Assembly (NCBI RefSeq): GCF_006345805.1
Contig: NC_043000.1
Location: forward strand, 103,850,001 to 103,914,000
From: Octopus sinensis
Lineage: Eukaryota
Length of the DNA: 64,000 bases
Reading direction: 5' to 3'
The position numbers were made by a program, and so were the translations under genes. Below, one piece after another: positions 12,849 through 24,766 of the stretch; position 1 is the first letter of the stretch; the number at the start of each line of letters is the position of its first letter. The notes beneath the pieces are model-generated. The model was not told where the DNA came from. It saw nothing but the letters and a program-made list of their open reading frames with translations, and did no database searches.

Positions 12849-13590
12849 GGCCCCCGTGCAGGTGACACGTAAAAGTACCATCCGTTCGTAGCCGTTCGCC
12901 AGCCCTGTCTGGCCCCGTGTAGGTGGCACGTAAAAAGCACCATCCGTTCGTGTTCGTTGCCAGCCTGGCCTGGCCCCCGTGCCGGTGACACGTAAAAGCA
13001 CCATCCGTTTGTGGCCGTTTGCCAGCTCTGTCTGGCCCCCGTGCCGGTGACACGTAAAAGCACCATCCGTTCGTGGCCGTTTGCCAGCCCTGTCTGGCCC
13101 CCATGTCGGTGACATGTAAAAGCACCATCCGTTCGTGTCCGTTTGCCAGCCCTGTCTGGCCCCCATGTCGGTGACATGTAAAAGCACCATCCGTTCGTGT
13201 CCGTTGCCAGCCTCGCCTGACCCCCGTGCCGGTGACACGTAAAAGCACCATCCGTTCGTGTCCGTTTGCCAGCCCTGTCTGACCCCCGTGTCGGTGGCAT
13301 GTAAAAGCACCATCTGTTCGTGTCCGTTGCCAGCCTCGCCTGGCCCCGTACCGGTGACACGTAAAAGCACCATCCGTTCGTGGTCGTTTGCCAGCTGTGT
13401 CTGGCACCTGTGCAGGTGGCACGTAAAAAGCACCCACTACACTCACGGAGTGGTTGGCGTTAGGAAGGGCATCCAGCCGTAGAAACACTGCCAGATCTGA
13501 CTGGGCCTGATGAAGCCTTCCAGCTTCACAGACCCCAGTTGAACCGTCCAACCCATGCTAGCATGGAGAACGGACGCTAAATGATGATGA
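12849..13590 (+). mobile_element. SINE with an internal ~62-bp minisatellite expansion (about 9.5 units) in RPE intron 1
   Basis: Unit gcccccgtgccggtgacacgtaaaagcaccatccgttcgtggccgtttgccagccctgtctg, followed by the SINE 3' part and a (GAT)n tail. Confidence 0.85.
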
Positions 13591-14434
13591 TACATCACAA
13601 TTATAGATCATTGTTTTGACCAAAAAGCTCTTTCTAAGACACTACTTAGAAACAAATTACAGACTTTTCAGTAAGTCAACATCTCGTCAATTTTAACCTA
13701 GCAGTAGATTTTAATTTCCCTTCAATCTATCTACTGTGTGTATAGATACAATAGTAAATTGTTGGTCATATTGGATAATGTGATCTGAGATAAACTATGT
13801 TTGATAAGATCAGATGCCTTAATCATAGGTCTGCTGAAGCAGTGACATAGCATTTGGTGGGGGGGGGGACTATTATGAAAGGTAGTTTCTATGGTGATGA
13901 TGTTATCAATAAAGTTCTGTTCAATATTTTTTGTTTCTCTTCCAAATGACTTCTGGCACCTAAAGCTCTAATACAACTTCTTGTGCTGTTAGTTTCTACA
14001 GCAGTATGTACATAAAGGAATCAGCAACTGAAACAACATTCAACTCTCCTTGTAGCTGGAGAAAAATGTGTCATTTCATGAGGAGAGTGAACACGGCCCT
14101 GAGAGATGATGAAACAGTTCTCAGTATGAAAGTGCAGTTGCAACTAACAGCAGTGAGCTGTAGTAATCATTTACCATGTGGTAGCTTCTTACAGCTAGAT
14201 GAACTTGATCATTAACAGTTCTACAGTTACAGCTGTTCAGAACTTGGCAAAATAAATGATTATGTCAATTCTTGTGAGATTTGAGCTGCAAACTATGTGA
14301 AATTAGATATGCTAAACTAAAAAAGTTGCTGCTCAACTATCTTAGCCAACCTCACTTTATTCTTTTAGTGTGTTGCCTTAAAGATTTAATAAAGAGAATA
14401 ACCTCTATAATTTGCCTTTAATTTTCTCTTCTAG

Positions 14435-14542
14435 TGGGTAGAAGGTATGGCAGAGGCAGGTGCAAATCAATATACCTTCCATATAGAGGCCACTGACAAT
14501 CCTGAGGACTGTGTGCGCAAGATCAAAGAATCAGGAATGAAA
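14435..14542 (+). CDS. RPE: RPE exon 2
   Basis: ttctag|WVEGMAEAGANQYTFHIEATDNPEDCVRKIKESGMK|gtaaat. Confidence 0.95.
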
Positions 14543-15159
14543 GTAAATATATATTTTTTTACTTTACACTTTTTATATATACCCTAACCCTAATTTTTAT
14601 ATACTATGAAACCCCATTTTTCCTGTAACAAAATTACAAACGACTTTCCTTCTCATGTTTTACATAAGTTATTATTTTTTTTCTTTATCAGTTATAGCAT
14701 AGCTATTATGGATTTTGTTGAAATTCTAAATTTTACATTTAAACAGTGGGGTCAAAGTGGAATCTGTTGTAAATCAGTCAAACTGATTACAATCAGTTTT
14801 ATTGTCCTAATATACAACACCTTATTATAGTTTGATTTTTCTGGTCAAAAGTCAAGTACTTTAATGTCACTGACATGGACTTACAATGACCTTATTAAAC
14901 ATTGATAAACAATTATCAAAATATGGCATTTAAATAATTTCCAGTAAAACTTTGAGGCACTAATAGTGTAGTGTAAGAGTAATAATATCATTACAAAATA
15001 TATGGTAAAATGCTTTTTTTATAGACTATTGTTAGATTAAATTTTCCTTTCACTCAAAGTACTAGATTATCCTTTATATTGGTTTTCTTGTAAATGTATT
15101 TGTCTGTTTCTTTGATTAATTTTTTTTAATACTATGATAAAACTCTGCTTTGTTTTCAG

Positions 15160-15294
15160 GTTGGAATAGGTATAAAACCAAATACAGCTGTAGAAACAGT
15201 GCTTCCTTATGTACATATGGTTGATATGGTCCTTGTAATGACAGTGGAACCTGGATTTGGTGGGCAGTCATTTATGAAAGAACAAATGTCAAAA
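15160..15294 (+). CDS. RPE: RPE exon 3
   Basis: tttcag|VGIGIKPNT...DMVLVMTVEPGFGGQSFMKEQMSK|gtaaag. Confidence 0.96.
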
Positions 15295-16040
15295 GTAAAG
15301 ATTTTTCTCTGTATTACTTGGAAATTTAAGAGCAGTATAATAGTGATTGACAGAATCCAACTCTAGGTGAATTAATAGATAAGTAACTCCCAAACAGTGC
15401 ACTGTGACATGCTGGCGTGCCAGGAATGTCTTGGTGCTCCTGTGGATTTTAAAAAAAAATATGATTCAACACATTAGAAATTCCATACATGAGTGCCTTA
15501 AAAAAATCTTTTATTCATTAGTTTATGTGCATAGCTAGGTATGAGGGTGGTGGTGGTGGTGGTGAATCGGCAGAATCATTAGAGCATTGTAGTATTTTCT
15601 TGGCTCTCTAGATTCTGAGTTCAAATCTCACCACAGTCAGCTTTGCCTTTCATTGTTTTGGGGTTGGAATCAGTGTAATCAACTAACCATCCTAACTCCA
15701 AAATCACTAATTTGTGCTTAAATTAGAAATCATCATATATAAGTACAACCAAGAAAACAAGGTATGCAATGGTTTTCTATATTTTTAATCTTAAATTTTT
15801 AACTTTCAAACAATATTTTTTTTTTAAATTTCCGTATGTGAGCCAAGTGCACTGTAAAATCAAAATGATTTGGAATAGAGTAAGGGATTTGTTTTTAATA
15901 AGCCCTGTATCTCAGAGAGAGACAAAGTGCAAGAAAATTGGGTTAGAAATTGAATATTAGAGGCATTGAAATTTCTATGCCATATATATTTAGGCAGTGT
16001 TGAACATATTTCAATCAAATTGTTTTTGTCCATTCTAAAG

Positions 16041-16127
16041 GTGCGGTTACTTAGAGAGAAATTCCGTGAGTTAGACATTGAGGTTGATGGCGGCGTTGGA
16101 ACTTCTACTATTAAAGACTGTGCTGAT
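16041..16127 (+). CDS. RPE: RPE exon 4
   Basis: ctaaag|VRLLREKFRELDIEVDGGVGTSTIKDCAD|gtaagc; contains the catalytic VDGG motif. Confidence 0.96.
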
Positions 16128-16674
16128 GTAAGCAAATATGACTTCTTATTTTATGCTGTTGGATACTATACCATTTAATATATTTGCAGGAGGTAATACT
16201 GAATGGTAATGTGAGAGACCTATCACACTGATGACACTTACACTACATCATAAGCACCAAAATATATCTTAGTTTAGATTTGGCATGAGCTCTAAGGCTC
16301 GTAAAGATAGATCTTAACTTGGTCTCTATGGCTTATAAGTGACTGAGATTATTAAATCTCAGAATGGGATGCCAGCCCATCACAAGGTTAACTTCCCTGC
16401 TATTGCTGGAACTTGTTTACAGCTGAACGGGATGGAGTAACATGAAATGAAGTGTTTTGTTGAAAAACACAGAATTAAAACTACAATCTTACAATCATGT
16501 GTGAAACATCCTAATCACTAGACCATGCATCTACACACCAAAAAATTAATTTTGAGCTATATTTAGTTATATATGGCTCACAGTTAAGCTGTAAGGATAC
16601 TGCTTAATTGCTGAGTTTTGTTTGAGCTTGATGTACTGAGCTCAAACCTCTAAAAGCATGTTTGGATTACTTAA

Positions 16675-16894
16675 CCCTTTTTATACCAATCTACTTGAGA
16701 TTGCTGTTGGTTCCAAAATATAAACCTGTTTTAAAATGATCTAAATTAAAAACATTCCATCAACATTTCATGTTAATTTATATTCCAAACACCAAGTGAA
16801 TAATGATGAAATTATTTTACTAAATTTTTCATTGTTTTCAAAATAAATTGAAACAAAAGCAGTATATTCCAATAGAAATATGACAACAACAAGG
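16675..16894. mobile_element. piggyBac-like MITE (TTAA-flanked)
   Basis: ttaa|cccttt...aagg|ttaa; related copy at 23991-24212. Confidence 0.6.
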
Positions 16895-17229
16895 TTAAGG
16901 GAGAGAGGTGGATACTTCTCAAGTAGTATTATTAAATAGATGCTATAAATAAGAGTGTCAGGTTCATCACAAGACATTCAATCAATCATTTCTTTTATTC
17001 TTTCACTTTACTGGTTTCAGTCATTGAACTTTGGCCATGCTGGGACATCATCTTCTAAGGTTTTTAAACCAGAACCTTATTGATCCCTAATGAAATCCAA
17101 AGTTACTGTTTTTACTATACAGTGACACAACTTAACACTGGTAAACAATCACAGGCGCAGATGGGCACACTTATATACACCATGCATACACACACACACA
17201 CCCACACACATATATGATGGCCATCCACT

Positions 17230-17990
17230 TGTGACTGAGGAAGACCATTCTTGACCTTCAGGAACATTGTGCACTCTAGGACTAACTTATATTTTGCATT
17301 TTGCAGCTCCATTGGTGGCTAATGAGCCCTCCTCTTGACAAGCATACATGACTGCAAACATTGCAGACCAAGCTTTCCCCATTCACTACACCAGCAATGT
17401 GCTTTCAAGCAGCATGCTTAAGTCCTTCATGCATCTGTCTTGCTGTAAAAATTATATCCATTGTCCCTCTACCAGATTAGAAGCCACATTGAGATTCAGA
17501 TAGGACATCATTTATGAGACGCCCATTCAGGCGGGTAAGAAGAATATTTGCCAGCAGCTGATAGTGGAGCAATACCTCTGTAGTTACCACATATTGTTCT
17601 GGCTCCTTTTCCTTTATAGAGAGGAAGAATAAAATCACCACCAAATCACAAGACCTCAGCACAAATTCCATCTTTTCCAGGTGCCCTACCAAGATTCAAT
17701 TTACTTATTGATGTCATTACTTCATCTATTGAGGGTGTAGAATTTAAGGAGCCAATGATAGGTCTTTGTTGCATAGTATCAATCAGTGTTTCATCCACAA
17801 CTGACTCATGGTTTAGGAGTTCAGAGAACTGTTCGATCCAGCAACCTGTGATTTCTGTTTTAGTAAATAGAGTAGAAAACTGAGCTGATATGGAGCTCTT
17901 AGGCCCATAAATTTGCTTCATATGATGGTAAAGCTTCTTGCTGTCATTTGCTTCAGCAGCAGCCTGAACATCACCAGGGCTGGTGAGCTG
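17230..17990 (-). mobile_element. Decayed RTE-clade LINE fragment in RPE intron 4
   Basis: PSIDEVMTSISKLNLGRAPGKDGICAEVL and LSESQCGF are RT N-terminal motifs. Confidence 0.8.
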
Positions 17991-18665
17991 GAAGGCTGCA
18001 CTAGACTCCACTCTGATTTGGCATGGTTTTTTTACAGCTGGATGCCCTTCCTAATGCCAACCACTCTGAGAGTGTAATGGGTGCTTCTATGTGCCATTTG
18101 CATGAAACCAGTATCCACCACAACTGTGATTTTACTGGGCTTGATGGGTCTTAAACATGACATAATACCAAAGGTTTCGTTCATTGCCTCTGTCAGGCTC
18201 AACACTCAAGTGGAACTCAGCCACTTTGCCTCCCTGGGGCCCAATACTCAAAAGGCACCCAGTCACTTTACTTCCATGAGGCCCAATGCTTGAAAGGTGC
18301 TGTTTATGTGCCAGTTATGTGACACCAGCATCAGCCATGATTACAATTTGACTTGGCTTCACACGTTTTCTCAAGCACAGCATATTGCCAAAGGTCTCAG
18401 TCACTAGCCATTGCCTCTGTAAGGCTCAATGTTCCCATGTCTTCCTGGGTCTACCTCCACAGTTAGAGATTGGCACTTCTTTACACAGCTGTCCTCGTCC
18501 ATATGCATCACATGACCAGTGCAGTCGTCTCTCTTGCACACCTCTCTGATATGCCTCTTATGCTTACTTTTCTTTCACCTCTACTACTAACTTGGTCACC
18601 TAGATAAGGGAAGCTATCTAGTACATCTAGCCTCCACCCGCACCCCCGCAGTTGATGGATATATA

Positions 18666-19035
18666 TCATCATCATCATCATTTAGCGTCCGTTTTCCATG
18701 CTAGCATGGGTTGGACGGTTCTACTGGGGTCTGTGAAGCCAGGCTTCATCAGGCCCAGTCAAATCTGGCAGTGTTTCTACGGCTGGATGCCCTTCCTAAC
18801 GCCAACCACTCCGTGAGTGTAGTGGGTGCTTTTTACGTGCCACCCGCACTGGTGCCAGACAGAGCTGGCAAACGGCCACGAACGGATGGTGCTTTTTATG
18901 TGCCACCGGCACGAGGGCCAGGCGAGGCTGGCAACGGACACGAAACGGGGCGGTGCTGGCAACGGTCGCGAAACGGAAAGTTCTCTTACATGCCACCGGC
19001 ACTGGTAACACATCTGCAATTTCCATTGATCGATT

Positions 19036-19040
<5 letters not shown>
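18666..19040 (-). mobile_element. SINE, inverted relative to the intron-1 copy
   Basis: Its reverse complement is nearly identical to ~13340-13590 (few differences by eye) and carries 2-3 of the ~60-bp units. Confidence 0.85.
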
Positions 19041-19068
<28 letters not shown>

Positions 19069-19070
<2 letters not shown>

Positions 19071-19383
19071 CAATTGCAGCGTGGAATGTGTTTATAAGCC
19101 ATTTAAGAAACACACAAAAGCCGTTCAATTCACTTCAACATTTAAGTTTAATTTGTCAAAATATTTTCGTCGATAAAATTCGCGACCTGTTCACTGACAA
19201 AAGAACAGGTCGCGGATTTTAGCGACGAAAATATTTTGACAAATTAAACTTAAATGTTGAAGTGAATCGAACGGCTTTTGTGTGTTTCTTAAATGGCTTA
19301 TAAACACCTTCCACGCTGCAATTGTTTTTGTTTCAGCACACGATCTCAGATCAAATTACTTGCTATGCGAGTACATCTCCGTA
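19069..19383. repeat. Fold-back element within (TA)n: ~125-bp arms (19069-19192 / 19203-19326) plus an unpaired 3' tail
   Basis: Near-perfect inverted repeat with TA runs on both sides; hammerhead-like motif on the minus arm. Confidence 0.85.
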
Positions 19384-19525
19384 ATATATATATATATATT
19401 TCTACGTGTGTAAATGTGTGCACATATGCACACAAAAATGCTCTCTAGTACATGTATGCAATCTTACAAACAGAATTAGTACTTTATTGCTTTTTGTTAA
19501 AACATTTTAATTTCTGTTTGTCTAG

Positions 19526-19648
19526 GCCGGTGCCAACATGATCGTCTCAGGCAGTGCCATCATCAATAGTGATAATCCACGTCAAACTATTAACTTCTTA
19601 CGAATGACAGTGGAAGAAGCTATTCAGAAGAGTCAACTAGAACGATAA
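19526..19648 (+). CDS. RPE: RPE exon 5 (last coding exon)
   Basis: gtctag|AGANMIVSGSAIINSDNPRQTINFLRMTVEEAIQKSQLER-TAA; AATAAA at 19929-19934. Confidence 0.95.
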   Translation, partial: AGANMIVSGSAIINSDNPRQTINFLRMTVEEAIQKSQLER

Positions 19649-20236
19649 AGGATACAACAATCATGCTACTTGAAATGTTACCATTCCACATGCTTTTAGG
19701 ACATTGAACATACATCTCCCTAACTTGCTACGAGACTGCCCCTAAACTGTCTTTTTCATTGTGTGTACAACTTTATCATGTTAGTTGTCATGTTAGTGAC
19801 ATTGTTAGCTGTCACCTTCATACATCCTTGATTTTATGTGATTAATTGACGTCTTGTTTTCATACAAACATGCTCAAGCTACTGGTTGGTCTATAAATGT
19901 TGGTCAATTTGGTGACTGATTTCAGATTAATAAATTCCATTGCTTAGCTTTATTGCATTTGCAATTGCTTATCTTTCTTTCTTTTCCTTTTTTTTTTTTC
20001 TACTTTTTTTCAGTCATTGGACTACAGTATTGTCAGTTATATTGACAACAATACTTTGTCTGGTACTCGTATTAGCAAACTGTAGTGTGTGAATAGCTAC
20101 AATTGACATTAGTTACCTCCCTTGTACAGTCTTAATTGTCAGATAGCATTTATATTGGTATTCACCAACAGGTAGATATCCGCGTGCACATACACATACA
20201 TATACATACCTGTCTTTTTATCTTTATATATATATA

Positions 20237-20367
20237 TATTGCTTTTAAACAATATTATTGGCAGAGACTTCGAAGTTTTAGCTAGCTGAGCCATTGTCGT
20301 ACTGCTGACGATGACTTAGCTGGCCGAAATTTCAAAGCAACTATCAATAATTTTGTTTAAGAACAAT
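20237..20367. repeat. Decayed fold-back element with hammerhead relic
   Basis: Imperfect inverted arms; CTGACGA at 20305-20311 and GAAA at 20326-20329; the other arm preserves CTTCGAAG-TC. Confidence 0.55.
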
Positions 20368-20479
20368 AAATCTGTTCTCTACAAAGTTATAAAATAACCC
20401 ATCAGACTAATGTAAAATTGTTTTTATTATAATTGAACATAAAAACAAACATAGATATGTATGTATATATATATATATA

Positions 20480-20680
20480 CGAGTGGGGGCTGAAAAATGC
20501 CTGGCTTTGGGTAAAAGAAAATACAGGAAGATCAGTTATGATTTTATTCAACATATTCCCCTCATATTCATACTTATTGCAGTAGTCCTTCAGTTTTACA
20601 TAGCCCTGTAAAATAACTTGGAAGGTTGGGCCTCCATCGTAATACCCTTAAAGCTAGGAACTTTTCAGTACCTCCTCATG
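20480..20680. mobile_element. Tc1/mariner-derived MITE
   Basis: TA-flanked imperfect TIRs cgagtgggggctgaaaaatgcctggcttt / aaagctaggaacttttcagtacctcctcatg. Confidence 0.65.
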
Positions 20681-23600
20681 TATATATATATATATGTGTG
20701 TGTATGTCTAGGGAGAGAAAGACAGTGAGATATATACAGACTCCCACACAGTTTCTATTTGCTAAATTTCTCTGACAAAATATTGGTTTACTTCTGGCTA
20801 TGATTTTGGACAGTTGCTTGAAGTATCATAACAAAATTGAAAAAAGAACCATGCTATGTACTTGTTATGCAATCTTCTTAATTATACCGCCATAAACAAC
20901 AGCAAAATCTTTAAATCACATGTTCCCATCTGCAAAAAAAAATGAATTATCTAATACCTGAAAAAGTACAGGCTAGATTGATCATAGCTGAATCAGGGCT
21001 AATTCTATTTTCTTCTGCACTGGCATGGGTTGGACTGATTTCACAGCACCTCGTGGCTGCATCATCTGGCACACAGTAATAAAGTAAACTGGCTTTGTTG
21101 CAGTATATGTATTACTGTGTACATTTTATTGCTTCACTTGTATTAGATAGGTTGTTTATGGCTACACTAAAGTGTTCTTTCTGACCTGTATTAGGTCTTA
21201 TTTGGAGTTACTGTCCTCCTAGACAGCTCACATGCAATATAGTTTGCAGAGTCTATGTCTTGTTCATACATTACATTTAAAAAAAAAATTAAATGAAAAT
21301 TATTAAATAAACAAATATTCTACATGGTTCCATTTCTTAATCTATGTGACAGGTGTCTAGTTGAACAATAAAAATATACAAAGCTTTTCCTTAACAAAGA
21401 CACAGATAAATAGATTCATGACTCTGCTAAGAATTGCCACCGATTCAAATACCAAGAATTAATTATGGCAGCAGGTGATGTACTGCAGGAAAAAAAACCT
21501 TGTATTTCTTCTGACAATTGATGATGAATTAGGCAATTACAAGGACTGGTGTCAATGTAACTGAATATAAACTTGTTTTAGTTAGCTATTACTATTAATG
21601 CTATTATCAGTAGTTTCATCATTTTTATAAAACTGACATCATTAGTATTCAAAACTAAAACTAAGTTGGAACTAAACCTATGTAATGTAATAAACCTCCT
21701 ACCCCTAAATGTTTAGTTAATTAAAATTTCAACTGCATTGAGGAGAGAAAATCATTAGCTTTCATGATTAATTCTAGTAAAGGGTAATGAGCTGGCAGGG
21801 CAGCTAGAGTGTTGGAAAAAAAATGCTTACTGGTTTTTCTTCTGAACCTTTACATTCTGAGTTCAAATCCCATTGATGCCAACTTTTTCCTAGGACTGAT
21901 TCCAGAGACAAGATGGAGAAGTGAGTCTAAAATAAACAAGCATTAGGGCTAATGGCAGTACCTTAGCATAGCCACAGCCCTTGGATGGAACTAATAATAG
22001 AAAAATAAGAAAGAAAGATTAATTTTCATGTGGTGCGTAGGTTTTCTTCTATAATATATGTTGAACATGATTCCTCAAGATTCTGTAAAAAAATAATTTG
22101 CATGTTATTTTTTACAGAATTCTGGGAAATCATGTTTAACATGTTATAAAAGAAATCCTACAAAGCACATGAAAATTAATCAATAGTTGCTGGAGTGATT
22201 ACAGCATTACACAAGATTGATTATATTGAATTATGATGAAAAAGGTTGTAAAATGATTGCTAAATCCATTCTTTGATATTTCTCATTATATATATATATA
22301 GAGAGAGAGAGAATGTATGTGTGTGTGTGTGTTGGAGAACACTAAAGTAATCATGGTATAGATATTCATAAAGTAGTGATAAATGAGAATTTAAATTCCA
22401 ACTCCATCCTTGGCAAGTGGCTTCAGTGTAGAAAGTCAGCTATATGAATGGGAGGCATGATGATTGAGATTGCTATACCATTGCCAGATGATTGGGATCT
22501 TGACTGAAGATAGAAAGCTCCGAATGATCCATCCTTGTTTTTTCTTGTCCTTTTTTTGTATCGTCTAACTGTCTGGATGTTTTGTTGTTGCCTGTTACAT
22601 TCTTGTTCCATTTTTTGTTTTGTTTATATATATGTATTGAGTGTTAGGTGTGATATACAGAATTGAATATTGAGAAAAAAAGTCATCAGAATTTTGGGAA
22701 AAAAATCCTTTCATTTCTCTCTAGAACTTGTCAAGTACAATTATATATATATATGTCACATCAAAGACCCACCCTGAGTTGGAGCTGTGGTTTAAATTGG
22801 ATTTGGTATTTGTATATCTACGGTATCCTACCAACACTTGATATCTTCAATGTTGTTTATTTCTTTGTGAACTCTTACAAGTTGGTGTGTCTTGATTCTT
22901 ATAACAAATTCATATATATGTGTGTATCATCATCAGCAGCAGCAGCATTTAATGTCTGTTTTCTATATTGGCATGGGTTGAACAGTTTGACCAGAGCTGC
23001 ACCAGGTTCCAGTCTGGTTTGATTTGGTTTCTATTACTGGACTCCCTTCCTAACGATATGCTTCCACCCAAAGCTTTAGTCAAAATCACTAGCTCATGAT
23101 ATAGTGGAATTGACCCTGGAATCATGTGGTTCTAAGCTAGCTTCTTAAACATATGCTCCTAAGTCAATAAAAAAAAGATGAGATAGTTACTGATCAGGAC
23201 TGGTTAGGGATTTTTCTGCTGGATCAAGGCTGTCGTTGAATTAAACAACAGACAGATGAGATCATAATTGTTGTAATAGCAACATCAGAGGTAAGCAAAC
23301 CAGAGCTTATCTGTCATGACCAGAATCAGTGTCAATGAGATCAACGCATTCACTTGAACTACTAAAAATAGCTATCAAACTCCCTTAAATTCCACCCTTC
23401 TATCTTAAAACATGAAAGACATGTTGGATAATGTAGTCTTAGATATGCAAAAAGACTGGTCATAGCTGAAATGCTTTTGATTGTTGGTCTGCTCAATTAG
23501 GGCTAACCTATATGAAACAACCATCCAATATTAAATGTGAAACTAACAATTTTCCACAAAGTACTAAGTAAGCTTTGTAATAAAGAGATTTAGTATTTTA

Positions 23601-23990
23601 TGGTTGAGAATCTTTTTTTTTTTTCTCCGTTTTTGCTTTTCTTTTCCTGTTAAGCTAATGAAAAAGAACTCTGTAGTCTAAGAAAATAGTAAATGAAATA
23701 CAACACTATAGCTGACCTAGAAGATTACATGTCTGATAAATACGAATATTATTACCAGGGGTATATATATTCTGGGTTTGCACACCCGCCAGAGATGGTA
23801 CAATTTCCATATAATAATTCTGTCTTTGTACTGTCATGATATAATCTGCCTGTAATTTGTTTTCAAATCCAAGAAACAAAGGTCAAATCAGAGTTGAAGT
23901 TATTTTATGTATAGAAGGAACCTTAAGCATGACTTTCATACTTTTGTCAACATGATTGCACACCCTACAGCTATCTCAGCTACTGTTGTA

Positions 23991-24212
23991 CCCTTTTGAT
24001 ACCAACCCACCATAAACCGCCTCTGGTTCTGTGGTACAAATGTCTTGTTTTCATAAATTTTGAATTAAAATTTTCCACCAAACCTTAGTCACAATTTATG
24101 TTCCTAATACTAGCTTAATGATAACTAAGTTATTTTACTAAATTCTTTGTTATATTTAAAATTAATTGAAAGAAACACAGAGCATCTCAACAGAAATATG
24201 GTAACAAAAGGG
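23991..24212. mobile_element. piggyBac-like MITE
   Basis: TIRs cccttttgatacca / tggtaacaaaaggg; right flank TTAA, left flank TGTA. Confidence 0.65.
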
Positions 24213-24657
24213 TTAAACATGTGAATACTTTGACATTTTACTGGGAATAGATTATACTTTTGTTACATTTGATTTCTAGAGGAAAAAAAAAACTCATTCA
24301 CTCTGTTTAACTGCACTGAGTTCTTTAATTTGGTTTGAATTTTACATGTTTTAATGGACAAGCACACAATAACATTATATTATTAAACAATTGTTAATAA
24401 TTAGAAAAGACTTTTCTTCTATAAGAACCAAGAAACCTGATTTGACAGGATATTTCTAATCCAAGTAGATTTGCATGTTGGACACAGCTAAATACTTTGC
24501 TAATAACAAATAATTTAACACTGTTTGCAACAAATTTCTTGAAGACATACTGGTTGTTGCTGTTCTTTAGACCCAAGCATGCTCTGATTGAGCAGGCAAA
24601 CAAACAGAATCATTTTTGTATGTGCAATGAATCAAGGTATCATAATCCAAAGTATCC

Positions 24658-24766
<109 letters not shown>

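Noticed and set aside
13480-13530. GAAA...CTGATGA in the SINE body as a permuted hammerhead
   Set aside because: No stem II/III pairing could be built around the motifs.
12780-13551. Three long overlapping ORFs, and regular repeats superficially like a CRISPR array
   Set aside because: Tandem 62-bp units with no unique spacers inside a SINE; the ORFs are a by-product of a stop-poor repeat.
15966-16178. Stand-alone 70-aa ORF
   Set aside because: It is RPE exon 4 plus flanking intron sequence.
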